A stretch of DNA of 64,000 bases from Octopus sinensis (Eukaryota), in assembly GCF_006345805.1 (NCBI RefSeq), contig NC_043002.1, positions 100,006,001-100,070,000 on the forward strand. Reading direction: 5' to 3'. Shown here piece by piece: positions 1 through 12,129 of the stretch (within the stretch, counting starts at the first letter, position 1; each line of letters begins with the position of its first letter). A model generated the notes under the pieces. That model was not told the origin of the DNA. It made no database searches and saw only the letters and a list, made by a program, of their open reading frames with translations. Made by a program: the position numbers and the translations under genes.

Positions 1-196
1 TATATAGTTAAACGAAAAAGACAACGCGAGGACATGGTACATGCAAAGTATTAACAGTCGCTCAGGGAAGGAAAGAAAGCGTATCTTACGTTTCGAGCAA
101 AGACCTTCTTCAGAAACAGGAGACAGAAGAAAGTGCCAGAGAAAAGCATGACGAAGGAAAAGAATCGCCAACAATCTACATGTAGTTACATTTTGT
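1..196 (-). mobile_element. Penelope-like retroelement 3' fragment with hammerhead motif (family variant 1)
   Basis: Minus strand 118-82 reads ctgttt-CTGAAGA-A-ggtctttgctc-GAAAC-GTA-agatac; same layout as copies at 16.1, 50.1, 53.6 and 60.3 kb; a decayed homologue lies at 60570-60725. Confidence 0.55.
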
Positions 197-244
<48 letters not shown>

Positions 245-309
245 ATCGTTTCCGTCACAATACATCACAGTGAATGGTATTATTTGATCAACAAAATACC
301 TTCCTCTTG

Positions 310-570
310 GATTAGTGTGCAAGTGGCTGACTATTCTACAGGCACATGTAATTCTTAGCGTAATCTTCAGACAGAATCAACGTTACGTCGTGTGACGAGG
401 CCGGATCTTATGTGTTTGCAGGTACAGTCTATTAGAAGACCTTCTGCACAGTTTTCGTCAGCCTATTTTTTCATTTAGAGGGCTTGGGTCGACGCAACAT
501 TATGACATTTGTACAATATGGGACGAAGCTGTTACCTCGTGATTTCGATGAGAATTTAACTATCCAACCA
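310..570 (-). mobile_element. Decayed tRNA-derived SINE (B-like head, C-type tail)
   Basis: gtgcaagtggctgactattctacaggcacatgta... is a decayed reverse complement of the tail at 47765-47944; the right part resembles the SINE-B head. Confidence 0.45.
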
Positions 571-823
571 TTTATACGTACTTTTAGATACATATACATG
601 AATCGTAGCACATACAGTTTATATACCTTGTATGCATATAGTGTATAAGTGAAGGAGTGTAAAACTCATAATCATAAGTTCGCGGTTTCGATCTTTGTAT
701 CAAGTTGCGTGTCGTCTTTTTAAGCAATGTACTATTTTTCCTGTTGCACCATAGTAGTCAACTAAAATGAAGTACTAACCGATTACTCCTACGATACTCT
801 ATTTCTCCAGCTGTTATAATACC

Positions 824-1052
824 TATTTCTTTATTACCCACAAGGGGCTAAACACAGAGGGGACAAACAAGGACAGACATAGGTATTAAGTTGATTACAT
901 CGACCCCAGTGCGTAACTGGTACTTAATTTATCGACCCCGAAAGGATGAAAGGCAAAGTCGACCTCGGCGGAATTTGAACTCACAACGTAACGCAGACGA
1001 AATACCGCTAAGCATTTCGTTTGGCGTGCTAACGTTTCTGCCAGCTCGCCGC
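824..1052 (-). mobile_element. SINE-A monomer (tail type 1) with 13-bp TSD
   Basis: Head ggcggcgagctggcaga, B-box-like GAGTTCAAATTCC, central gtcgactttgcctttcatcctttcggggtcgataaattaagtaccag; ctgttataatacc repeated at 811-823 and 1053-1065. Confidence 0.9.
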
Positions 1053-2023
1053 CTGTTATAATACCGATATCTCGCTGGCTCAGTAGTTGGTTGTTTTAAG
1101 GATTCCTTCGCTCGACTACATCTTAAATGATAAGCAAATGCGTGGTACAATCTGCTAGATCTTACTAGCTTATAAGCATATGAGCTGCGTGCGTTTGTGT
1201 ATAAATATATGTACGAAAATCACGATTATTCATATGATGATAACCACTGTTTTCACCTAATTACATTGTCCTAAATGTTGGATAATTGAGGATTTTCCTT
1301 GGGTAGGTTCGATAATTTTAACTTTATTCATAAGGCACTAATATTCACATAAATTCTCAGTTATCAACAAAATTGAGTTATTTGAACACTCGTTGGCGTA
1401 GCACATATCTGCACACGCAAACAGACGTATAAATACGTGTATATAACATCATACACATGCGCAGTGTGGCACGCTCGCGAAAATTTCGAGCTGTAAAACC
1501 AAGCGCACACATAAATAGATACAACACGCTTGCAACATATACACCTACACACAGTCTACTGGAGCTTACATGTACAACGTCACAATATATACGTACATAC
1601 ACGCCCACTTGTATATCTTTCCCACATGCTCAAATATTCCTTGACTTATATTGAAACGTAACCTCCTACACGAGTTAGGTAATAGAAAAATAATGGCGTG
1701 TAGGCGTTTATACGTTTTTACACAAACCCATTCGTAAAACCTGACATATAATATATTCTCTAAAGGAAAGATCCTGGTGTCTTCTTGGAAACTATTCATT
1801 GTAAATAAATGACATTACACACCTTTCTAATAACGTTACTATAAATCAAGTGCTTTAGAGCTACGAGCAAGTAACAGATAAGTGATATATATATATGTCT
1901 TAACTATTGAAATAAACATTTCCTCAAATACTCTATTATTGCTAATATTTGTTACAGTAATTGGATAGCAGCCATCCTGATACACTTACCTTATCATATA
2001 ATATAGTATATATAACTATAATG

Positions 2024-2063
<40 letters not shown>

Positions 2064-2757
2064 TGTGACCATAAAACCATCCCACCACTTGCAAGTGAAT
2101 ATGAGACGGGAACGCACTTATGAAGATGTGACCAAAGATGATGAGATCTCGAACTCCCTGGTTCTGACACTGTGATCAAGGATCTAAATCTGGAGCGAGA
2201 AAGTGAGCTACCCTAGCACTTGAGTGATTCTCATTATAGACTAGAATAGGCTGGAGCACCGGTCTACGAATAGAAGCTAAAGCGTTATAACCGTGATTTC
2301 AGCCTCCTAATCATTATTCCGTTCGCCTTCTCAGATTAATAGTACAAAGGTTTTCTCTGAACAGAAACTACACAGGTATCTCACCATCATAGAAAAGTGA
2401 AAGTCATGACCAAATGCATAAAAGCCATGATCACTTGACACTCTCTTTCTTTCTATGATGTGGGTTGAGGGTTATTTGTCTGTTATTTCTAGCACGACTT
2501 ACGTAGTAACACACTCATATAAAACTGTCATGGCACTGGGAAATTTGTACATTGAATATATTACCTCTGTCGCATGTGAACTTATCATTGATTGAAATTA
2601 AAGTTATCGATTTTACCACCAAGATATTTCCAAATTCACTAATATCGAATTTGAAATATATGAGCGAACATTCCTTACCTAACTAATTTTCAGAGTGAGC
2701 TCTCCGCAACAGGATAATCAGGTATAAAGCTAAATGTACTCATTAGACAAGATGAAT

Positions 2758-2798
<41 letters not shown>

Positions 2799-2801
<3 letters not shown>

Positions 2802-2947
2802 GAAGACTTCCACGACGGTGGAGTTACGATTTTAGGAGGATGATTGGGATCAGGTGGATGAGAAAGGCGCGATCCAGAGAGGAGTGGACAGCGTGCTGTG
2901 ACCAGCGGTGTCAAGTGGACGCCTGACGGACTGGTCGGTCAAGGTGA
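2799..2947 (+). mobile_element. 5'-truncated RTE-clade LINE 3' end inside (TA)n
   Basis: 2801-2926 translates [41 protein letters not shown], matching the GRPxxRW...WxxxAxxRxxW pattern of RTE-type ORF C-termini; TA repeats on both sides. Confidence 0.7.
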
Positions 2948-2966
2948 TATATATATATATATATAC

Positions 2967-2997
<31 letters not shown>

Positions 2998-3093
2998 GTG
3001 TAGTATATTTGTAAATATATACATATGTATATATGCCTATGTATATAGATATATACATGTATATATACACACATATATATACATATATGTATG

Positions 3094-3132
<39 letters not shown>

Positions 3133-3276
3133 TACATAACAGGCGAAGAAACATATTTGTAAGCACCTACACATAGTTGCACCAATGCACACATGGTCCT
3201 ATCCCAAAGAATCACTCGAATCAGGTGTAATAATATTTAAACCACGTATCCTGTTGGTTCTGCAGCTGAGAAATTG

Positions 3277-6062
3277 GCTTGAATTTAAATATTGGGCTTC
3301 ATTTTTATGGGGAATGTAGGATAAAAAGTAGAAAAAGCATTGCTAAAAAGTGTTACCACTGACACGAGTGAGAAGATGAATTAAATAGGATTTCACAACA
3401 TACTCCAACGTGTCATATTCGAGCATAATTAAAATGATATTTGGATCTTATTTCTTTATAAGTTTTACAGATTTTATGCGTAAATGTCATAATCGTATCT
3501 AAGAGGCCTTAAATGAACTAAAGTAATGAAATATTTCTCCAAGAAATTGCTTTATGATACCCTGTAGTTACTTCGTTCTTTATAACTATGGGACGATTTT
3601 ACAATGTATGATGTTGCTCGCATAAACATATTTGTAACACTTCTTTTAATTGTAATACCGAGACCAGATGTCCACATTGAGTGCTTATATATAGGTCTTT
3701 GGGTCAGTGTTTCCTCGTTGTATTGATTATTTTTTTTAAATCGTCTACTGATGCTTCATAATCTATATTTTATCCAACCCAAATAATCTTTTTTAAATTT
3801 TTAGTGAAATCGCATGTTATACCAGGTTGTCTGTGATATTTCCTTTAATGCAAAAGCTGTCATTATATAAGTGAGAGTATTTGAGTTCAAGTATTAGAAA
3901 CAATCATGGTAGTGAAACAAAACCAAATTTTAGGTGACTTTCCTTGCATTCTAATAATAAAAATCTTTCAATTTGGTTATTTTATCCAAACAGTGCTTGC
4001 AAAATTTCCCATGCCTTTAAACGCATGGCCTTGTATCACCTTCGCGTATTATTCTCGATATGTGTATACTCGTAAGGGTTATGTTGCCCTAACTTAGAAT
4101 ATTTATTAGTTTGTAAGTGTTGATGAACCAATCAGAAAACTCAGTATCAGGAGATCATGATCTTGAAAATGTCTTGAAAGATATTATGAGACTGTTCATT
4201 TAATGTCTGTTTTATTACTAATTACATGGGAAATGCTGATCATGATCAGGACTATTCTAATTAATTAATTGAATCAGTTCAGGTCTCAACCAACAATAGC
4301 TCGAAATATTTTTTGAAATTATATTTGTTACCTAGAGCTGAACTGGTTGCTTCAATTAACTTCTTCCTCTAAAAATTCCAGGCTTTCAACCCCTATTGGA
4401 AATAATTATTATTCAGTAGTTTGTAATATACATTAAGAGTTTATTTTCTTTCATAAAAAAATTGGAATGCTTAAAAATTACACAGATTAAAAATGTTTCA
4501 GGAATCTGTACTAGCAATATTTACAGTCACCAGCTTGAATTTAAATATTGGGCTTCATTTTTATGGGGAATATAGGATAAAAAGTACAAAAAGTATTGCT
4601 AAAAAGTGTTACCACTGACTTAGTGGACGAATGAGAAGATGAATTACATAGGATTTCACAACATACTCCAACGTGTCATATTCGAGCATAATTAAAATGA
4701 TATTTGAATCTTATTTCTTTATAAGTTTTACAGATGTTATACGTAAATGTCATAGTCTTATCTAAGAGGCCTTAAATGAACTATAGTAATGAAATAATGT
4801 GAAGTATAGAAGCCATCTTATCATGGCTAACCACATTGGGGAGTGGGTGTTACTGTAGCTTTACAGCCCCAAGAGATCTTCGTCTGGGGCTATAAGGCTA
4901 CAGTAACACACCCTCCCCAATGTGGTTAGCCATGATAAGATGGCTTCTATACTTTACATTATCGAGCGATTACTGTTTCAATCTCATTCTGAGATTTAAT
5001 TATGAGTAATGAAATATTTCTCCAAGAAATTGCTTTATGATACCCTGTAGTTAGTTCGTTCTTTATAACTATGGGGCGATTTTACAATGTATGATGCTGC
5101 TCACATAAACACATTTGTAACACTTCTTTTAATTGTAATACCGAGACCAGATGTCCACATTGAGTGCTTATAAATGTTTGGGTCAGTTTTTCCTCGTTGT
5201 ATTGATAATTCTTTTTTTAAAATCATCTACTGATGATTCATAATCTATATTTTATCCAACCCAAATAATCTTTTTTAAATTTTCAGTGAAATCGCATGTT
5301 ATACCAGGTTGTCTGTGATATTTCCTTTAATGCAAAAACTGTCATTATATATGTGGGAGTATTTGAGTTCAAGTATTAGAAACAATCACGGTAGTGAAAC
5401 AAAACCAAATTTTAGGTGCCTTTCCTTGCATTTTAATAACAAACATCTTTCAATTTGTTTATTTTATCCAAACAGTGCTTGCAAAATTTCCCATGCCTTT
5501 AAACTCAAGGCCTTGTATCACCTTCAAATCACAATTATTTCTCTTAACAGGCATTTTTTTTTTACTAGAAAGTCTGTATTATTCTCGATATGTGTATACT
5601 CGTAAGGGTTATGTTGCCCTAACTTAGAATATTTATTAGTTTGTAAGTGTTGATGAACCAATCAGAAAACTCAGTATCAGGAGATCATGATCTTGAAAAT
5701 GTCTTGAAAGATATTATGAGACTGTTCATTTAATGTCTGTTTTATTACTAATTACATGGGAAATGCTGATCATGATCAGGACTATTCTAATTAATTAATT
5801 GAATCATTTCAGGTCTCAACCAACAATAGCTTGAAATATTTTTTGAAATTATATTTGTTACCTAGAGCTGAACTGGTTGTTTAAATTAACTTCTTCCTCT
5901 AAAAATTCCAGGCTTTCAACCCCTATTGGAAATAATTATTATTCAGTAGTTTGCAATATACATTAAGAGTTTATTATCTTTCATAAATAATTTGGAATGC
6001 TTAAAAATTACACAGATTAAAAATGTTTCAGGAATCTGTACTAGCAATATTTACAGGCACCA
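3277..6062. repeat. Local tandem duplication: unit 1 3277-4532, unit 2 4533-6062
   Basis: Near-identical colinear sequence across both units; GCTTG at 3277, 4533 and 6063; unit 2 has two extra segments (4797-5016 and about 5526-5575). Confidence 0.95.
4797..5004. mobile_element. Palindromic hairpin element with short tail, flanked by a 12-bp direct repeat
   Basis: 76-bp inverted arms 4795-4870 / 4886-4961 (5 mismatches); agtaatgaaata at 4785-4796 and 5005-5016; single-copy empty site at 3522-3533. Confidence 0.85.
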
Positions 6063-7279
6063 GCTTGCCTGTTTTCTCAAACTTGGCTATTTTCAAGTGT
6101 TTATATATATCCATAAATAGAATCTATCGCTGTCTTTACAGAAGTAGTTGTCTATCAATATAGTTGTAGCTATTACAGAAGAGATTACGGTGATACACCT
6201 TAACTACCATAATAGTTTTAATTCAATAGCTAGGTCAGAAGAATTCCTTGCCTTTTCCGCACAATTCTGCACTACATTATCATTATTCGTTATTACTATA
6301 TCGATTATTATTAATACAGACTATTTTCATTTTCTTGTTATGAAAAATGTCATCCGACATATCATGTGATATATGGCCTGTATGCTAAAGTTCCTTCGTA
6401 ACTTGTCGTTATTTTTTCATAACAGGTGTGTAAACATATGAGTAGTCCAGATATTTTTCGAATGAATTAAAACTGAATTGGTAGGAGTATGTAAAGCATC
6501 TTAGTTACGTTCAAATGATACCTATGTAAGACATTTCTCATCGACATTTCACGTGTAAATTGTTCCTATAAATGCTTAGTGGTGGTGGCCAAAATTGTGG
6601 CTTGTACTGACACGTTCAGGTTCGATTTATGCATGCACACCAGATATATTGTCCTGGGCAAAATATTAAACTGACAGGCTGGTAGTTTATGTCGTATGGA
6701 GTCCAGTCTAATCAAAGAAGATACTACAAGTGAAGAGCCCTAGTTATGCAGAAGATGGAGTTGTCACTAAGATATACAGTATTGGAGAAAGGCTGTTGTC
6801 TAGATATGTCACACAAGCCTGCCGACATGTGGACATACCTTCATGACGTGTGAACCAGTACTCCTCCCTAAGAGTTAAACAGGCTGAGATTCAGGAGTAC
6901 ACACGAAAAAGCAGGAGACTAGCAGAGTTAATTGTAAATAAACCACAGGAATGCGGTTTATTTACGACTCTGCCTTTCATACCTTGTAGTCAATAAAATA
7001 AACTTCAACTGAGCGCTAGGGTGCAAGATATCGATTAAACCCACTCTCTGAATATTTCAGGCGTAGTGCCTTAAATTATTATTTGGTAACAAGTACTTCT
7101 GTTCGCCAAAATTTGGAAAGCTGTTCAAGAATTATCGAGAAATTAGAGATGGGTCGGTGAGTAAATGAGTAATCTTAATGGTGAGACTAGGGCTCACTAT
7201 TGCCCTGCCTAAAAGAAAACATCTTGGCTTTTGTTCCATATTACGACGTCTGTTTTTGAAACGTACTATATGACTATGG

Positions 7280-7965
7280 AATATCGTCGATACTATGTCT
7301 TTTCCAATTTCTTATTCGCACAATTTTTAAACCATTGTCTCTTCTCTCTGTCGCTGCATTCATTTTTAAATAACCATCTTTTTTACCTTTCTACGACATA
7401 CTGTGGCATCTCATTTTTACATCATCATCACTTTGTGTCCCTTATCCCATTCTCTCATTTTACGTCTTCATCACCATTTATCTTTGTTTTGTGTCAATTT
7501 CATTTCTTATGATAGCTCTCTCTCTCTCTCTGCCCAAGTCTACAATTCATTCTATATTTTGATGTCCTTTCATTTCTACATCCTTCTCTTTCATTCTCTA
7601 TCTCTAATGTCCTTCACTGTTTTTGCTCCCTTCTCTCCCACTTCTATTTCTACGTTATCTATGGGGCATTTTTCTCCAGCATTTTCCCCTCCTTATACGC
7701 CACCTTTTCATTTTTTTGTTTTTACGCTACACCATTTCATTCCCTATTTCTATGTCCAACTCATTTAAGTTTTTCTTTCGCATTCTTTCCTATATTTTCA
7801 TCACCCTTTCTTACTAAAACGTACTCATTCCGACTTCGTACATCATCAATTCTTTGCCTTCCCCTCTTGCATTATTATTTCATTTTTTAACAGCCTCAAC
7901 ACCCAAATTTTAATCTTTCATCTACCTTTTTTATGTACTCCATTCACTCTCGCTTGATGGTTACA

Positions 7966-8003
<38 letters not shown>

Positions 8004-8330
8004 CAATCCCTAACATGTTTTCCTTTTTATTTTTTGTCTTGCATCTAACTCATCCTTCTGTCTTTTGCGCCATCCTCTTTCAACAGTATTCGCTTATTTC
8101 TGTCTCTGCCACAAATTCTCATTCTTTCTTACTCTCATTTTGGCTCTCTTTATCTTATTATCCATCTTTCTCTCTCGTAATTGTTCTGTTATTTACCTTC
8201 TACGTGTTCCTGTTTTGTATTTATTCTCTTTCGCTCTCACACACACACAATTTTCCACATTTTCTCCATCCGTATCTCTACATCTTTGTATCTTTGTCTT
8301 CCCTCCCACATTCACTTATATAAACATATG
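7280..8330. repeat. Pyrimidine-rich low-complexity tract with (CT)n
   Basis: About 1 kb strongly T/C-rich on the + strand, with (CT)n at 7515-7530 and 7968-8000. Confidence 0.8.
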
Positions 8331-8636
8331 CTATCACATGTTGACTTCATATTCTCCTCAGGTATTTCACATAACAAAAAGCTCCCCCTCCCCCACATAC
8401 TCACACATGCACACAAGCTAATATACACAAACAATCTGCTTGATACATAAACATGTGCACAACAATACACGTTGGCTCTTATTCAAATTCATAATTTCTA
8501 AAGGATAAGAGCAGTTGTATAAACGTACATGCAAGGACATGCACATATACACAGCCATTCAGGAACACGCAAATGTACACGTGTGCATGCAGATGGCCTC
8601 GTGTATTCTCATGCATGCACACACGCGTGAATATAT

Positions 8637-8683
<47 letters not shown>

Positions 8684-8911
8684 GTGAAATAGAAAGATGA
8701 ATAATCTTGTAGTAGATTAATCAAAAGTTTAACCGATACCTTAGTAGCAAAAATCACGGATTTCCTATTTTCTTCCTGAAGAGAAAGACACAATATGGTC
8801 CCATTATTCAATCGGATTTTGGTAATTTGTGCCTTTCGAAACACGTGTAGAATGAAATAAAACGATTTCTGTTCAATCTGCGTTCAGCTCCATTTCTTCA
8901 ATTCACCAATA

Positions 8912-8914
8912 ATG

Positions 8915-8971
<57 letters not shown>

Positions 8972-9180
8972 GTGTGTGTATATATATATGTGTGTGTGTG
9001 TGTGTATATGTGTGTGTGTATATATATATATGTGTCTGTGTGTATATATGTGTGTGTGTATATATATGTGTGTGTTTGTGTGTATATATATGTGTGTGTG
9101 TTTGTGTGTATATATGTGTGTGAGTTTGTGTGTATATATGTGTGTGTGTATATATATGTGTGTGTGTATATATATGTGTG

Positions 9181-9225
<45 letters not shown>

Positions 9226-9414
9226 ATATATATATATATGTGTGTGTGTGAGTGGCTGTGTGGTAAGTAACTTGCTAACCAACCACACGGTTCCGGGTTC
9301 AGTCCCACTGCGTGACATCTTGGGCAAGTGTCTTCTGCTACAACCCCGGGCCGATCAATACCTTGTGAGTGGATTTGGTAGACGGAAACTGAAAGAAGCC
9401 TGTCATATATATGT

Positions 9415-9467
<53 letters not shown>

Positions 9468-9730
9468 CTGTGTTTGTCCCCCTAGCATTGCTTGACACCC
9501 GATGATGATGTGTTTACGTCCCCGTCACTTAGCGGTTCGGCAAAATAGACCGACAGAATAAGTACTGGGCTTACAAAGAATAAGTCCCGGGGTCGGTTTG
9601 CTCGACTAAAGGCGGTGCTCCAGCATGGCCACAGTCAAATGACTGAAACAAGTAATAGAGTATATATATATGTGTGTGTGTGTATATTTATACATGTGTG
9701 TGTGTGTGTGAGTGTGTATATATATGTGTG

Positions 9731-9763
<33 letters not shown>

Positions 9764-9769
9764 GGTGTG

Positions 9770-9800
<31 letters not shown>

Positions 9801-9930
9801 ATGGTGTGTGTGTATATATATATATATGGGTGTGTTTGTGTATATATATATGGGTCTGTGTGTGTATATATATATGGGTGTGTGTATATATATATATATA
9901 TATATGTGTGTTGGTGTGTATATATGTGAT

Positions 9931-9997
<67 letters not shown>

Positions 9998-10075
9998 ATA
10001 TGTAACCATACTATGCATGTGTGTGCATATGCGTATTTACATATAGTTATATATATATACATATATATGTTATTT
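8912..10075. repeat. Compound (TA)n/(TG)n microsatellite field hosting SINE-B
   Basis: Alternating TA and TG runs at 8912-9250 and 9661-10075. Confidence 0.95.
9250..9662 (+). mobile_element. SINE-B, full length, with internal microsatellite
   Basis: tRNA-like head gagtggctgtgtggtaag...gggttcagtccc, CORE-like cttgggcaagtgtcttc, internal TA/TG tract about 9405-9466, conserved 3' arm ...ggcggtgctccagcatggcc...gaaacaagtaatagagta. Confidence 0.9.
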
Positions 10076-10306
10076 ACATATAGTTCATATACGAACCTGA
10101 AAAAAGAAACGTAAAACCATGCATCAAGCTAAAATATATGGGAAATCTCTGATGAATACTCTCATCTATGGGAATTCACAGTTACAAATGTATAGTAACA
10201 TCTGCTTGAGTCAGATGGACTGAAATATACCTACATGCATAAAGGTATATATATATATATATGCATACAAACGTATATATTTCATACATGAATATGCATG
10301 CACATG

Positions 10307-10358
<52 letters not shown>

Positions 10359-10399
10359 CACGTATATGTTTATAGATCTGTGTGCAAAGACACACAGAT

Positions 10400-10464
<65 letters not shown>

Positions 10465-11247
10465 ATTCTATACATAGCTTTTCATATATACATGCGCACG
10501 CACACACTGTTCTGCATTTCGATTCGTATTACGAGAATATATACGTAAGCACTGACATACAAGCAGGTAATTCTTTCAATTGCATACAAACAGGTAATTC
10601 ATTCAATATTTGCATCTGAACTAGCTTTTATAAATTCTTAAATAAATACATGCAGCGACAACCACAAAGTACACACTTGAAAAAAACAAACAAACAAACA
10701 TACATGTGTACATCCACTCGTATTACTTGTATATTAACATATGCGATTAACATGGGTGTATACGCTCCTTTAAATATACAACACACGTTTATTTAGTTAC
10801 ATGTATACACGTTTGTACTCAGGAATTTTAACAAAGACACATTATTATGTACCTGATGCATAAACATTTACTGATGCTACTTCAAAATAAATTGTTTCAT
10901 TCATATTTATTACACTACTCCTTCACTCATTTTGCACTCATTCTTCTCACTCAAGAATTCCCTCGCGTTTGTGCTGCTACCTCTAGCTTCTTTCCCCGCT
11001 CTTTTCTTTCTCCATTGTTCATTTTCTACATTTCTTTCACATCACTTCATATAATCCTTATTTTATACACGCTTTTTCTCATTTTGTCTTAATCTTTCTC
11101 TACTTCTCTTTTATTAACTCATTTTCTCTCTTCCTTTTGTTTCCTTCTAGCCTTTGTCCTCCTTTCACGCTGTTTCACTTTCCACCTATTTTTTTCTCTT
11201 TCTCAATTATTTTAACGTCTGTATTTCTGACTGTTCACGTATCTACC

Positions 11248-11453
11248 TATTTCTTTACTACCCACAAGGGGCTAAACACAGAGGGGACAAACAAAGACCG
11301 ACAAACGGATTATATCGACCCAGTGCGTAACTGGTACTTATTTCATCGAAAGGCAAAGTCGACCTCGGCGGAATTTGAACTCAGAACGTAACGACAGATG
11401 AAATACGACTACGCATTTCGCCCGGCCTGCTAACGGTTCTGCTAGCTCGCCAC
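11248..11453 (-). mobile_element. SINE-A monomer (tail type 1) with 17-18-bp TSD
   Basis: Same family as 824-1052; ctgttcacgtatctacc(t) at 11231-11248 and 11454-11471. Confidence 0.9.
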
Positions 11454-12129
11454 CTGTTCACGTATCTACCTGCCCATGCGTTCCTTTTTGAGCTGACTGG
11501 TTGTCTGTCTCTGTGTCTCATCGGTTGTATCGCTATGTCTCTACCTCTTGTTTTTTATGTCTCTCCGTATGTCCATATACCCCTTTTCTTCTTTTGTCTC
11601 CTCTATTTTTCTGTGTCTCAACTGTTTCAATATCAACCTTTCTTTCACGTCGGATGCCAGTGGTCCGTCCCTTCGATATGTCATGCTATACATCTTTTTT
11701 CTCTATGAACGTAATTGCTCTCTCTCTCTCTCTCCCTCTATCTATCTATATCTCCCTCTTTCTCCCCTTTACTCATACACACACTCCCTCTCTCCGTCTA
11801 ACTATTTACTTGTCTGCCTGAGCGATTTGTATGTTTATTTCTGTCTGTATCACTAATCAGTAATTATTGCCTTTTGTTTTAATAAATACAACTTCAAACA
11901 AATTTTACAGTTTCCTTATTAAATAAAAACAAATTTCGTTTCAATAATTTAAAATTCTATATTTCAAACAATGAGTACCTTCGATATGCGTTTTATTACA
12001 TACGAACATTAAAAGAAATTAAAATTGGGGACGGTAACTATCTTACCTCATTGAAATATATTTTCAATCAAAAATTTACAATTATAAATTTGCAAAAAGT
12101 ATTTAATCAATAATATTGATAAATTTTCC

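Noticed and set aside
929-1150. Similar short ORFs ending FKFRRGRLCLSSFRGR (also 18718-18903, 62598-62843) and ORFs within SINE-B or Penelope-like copies
   Set aside because: Similarity comes from shared repeat sequence, not a protein family.
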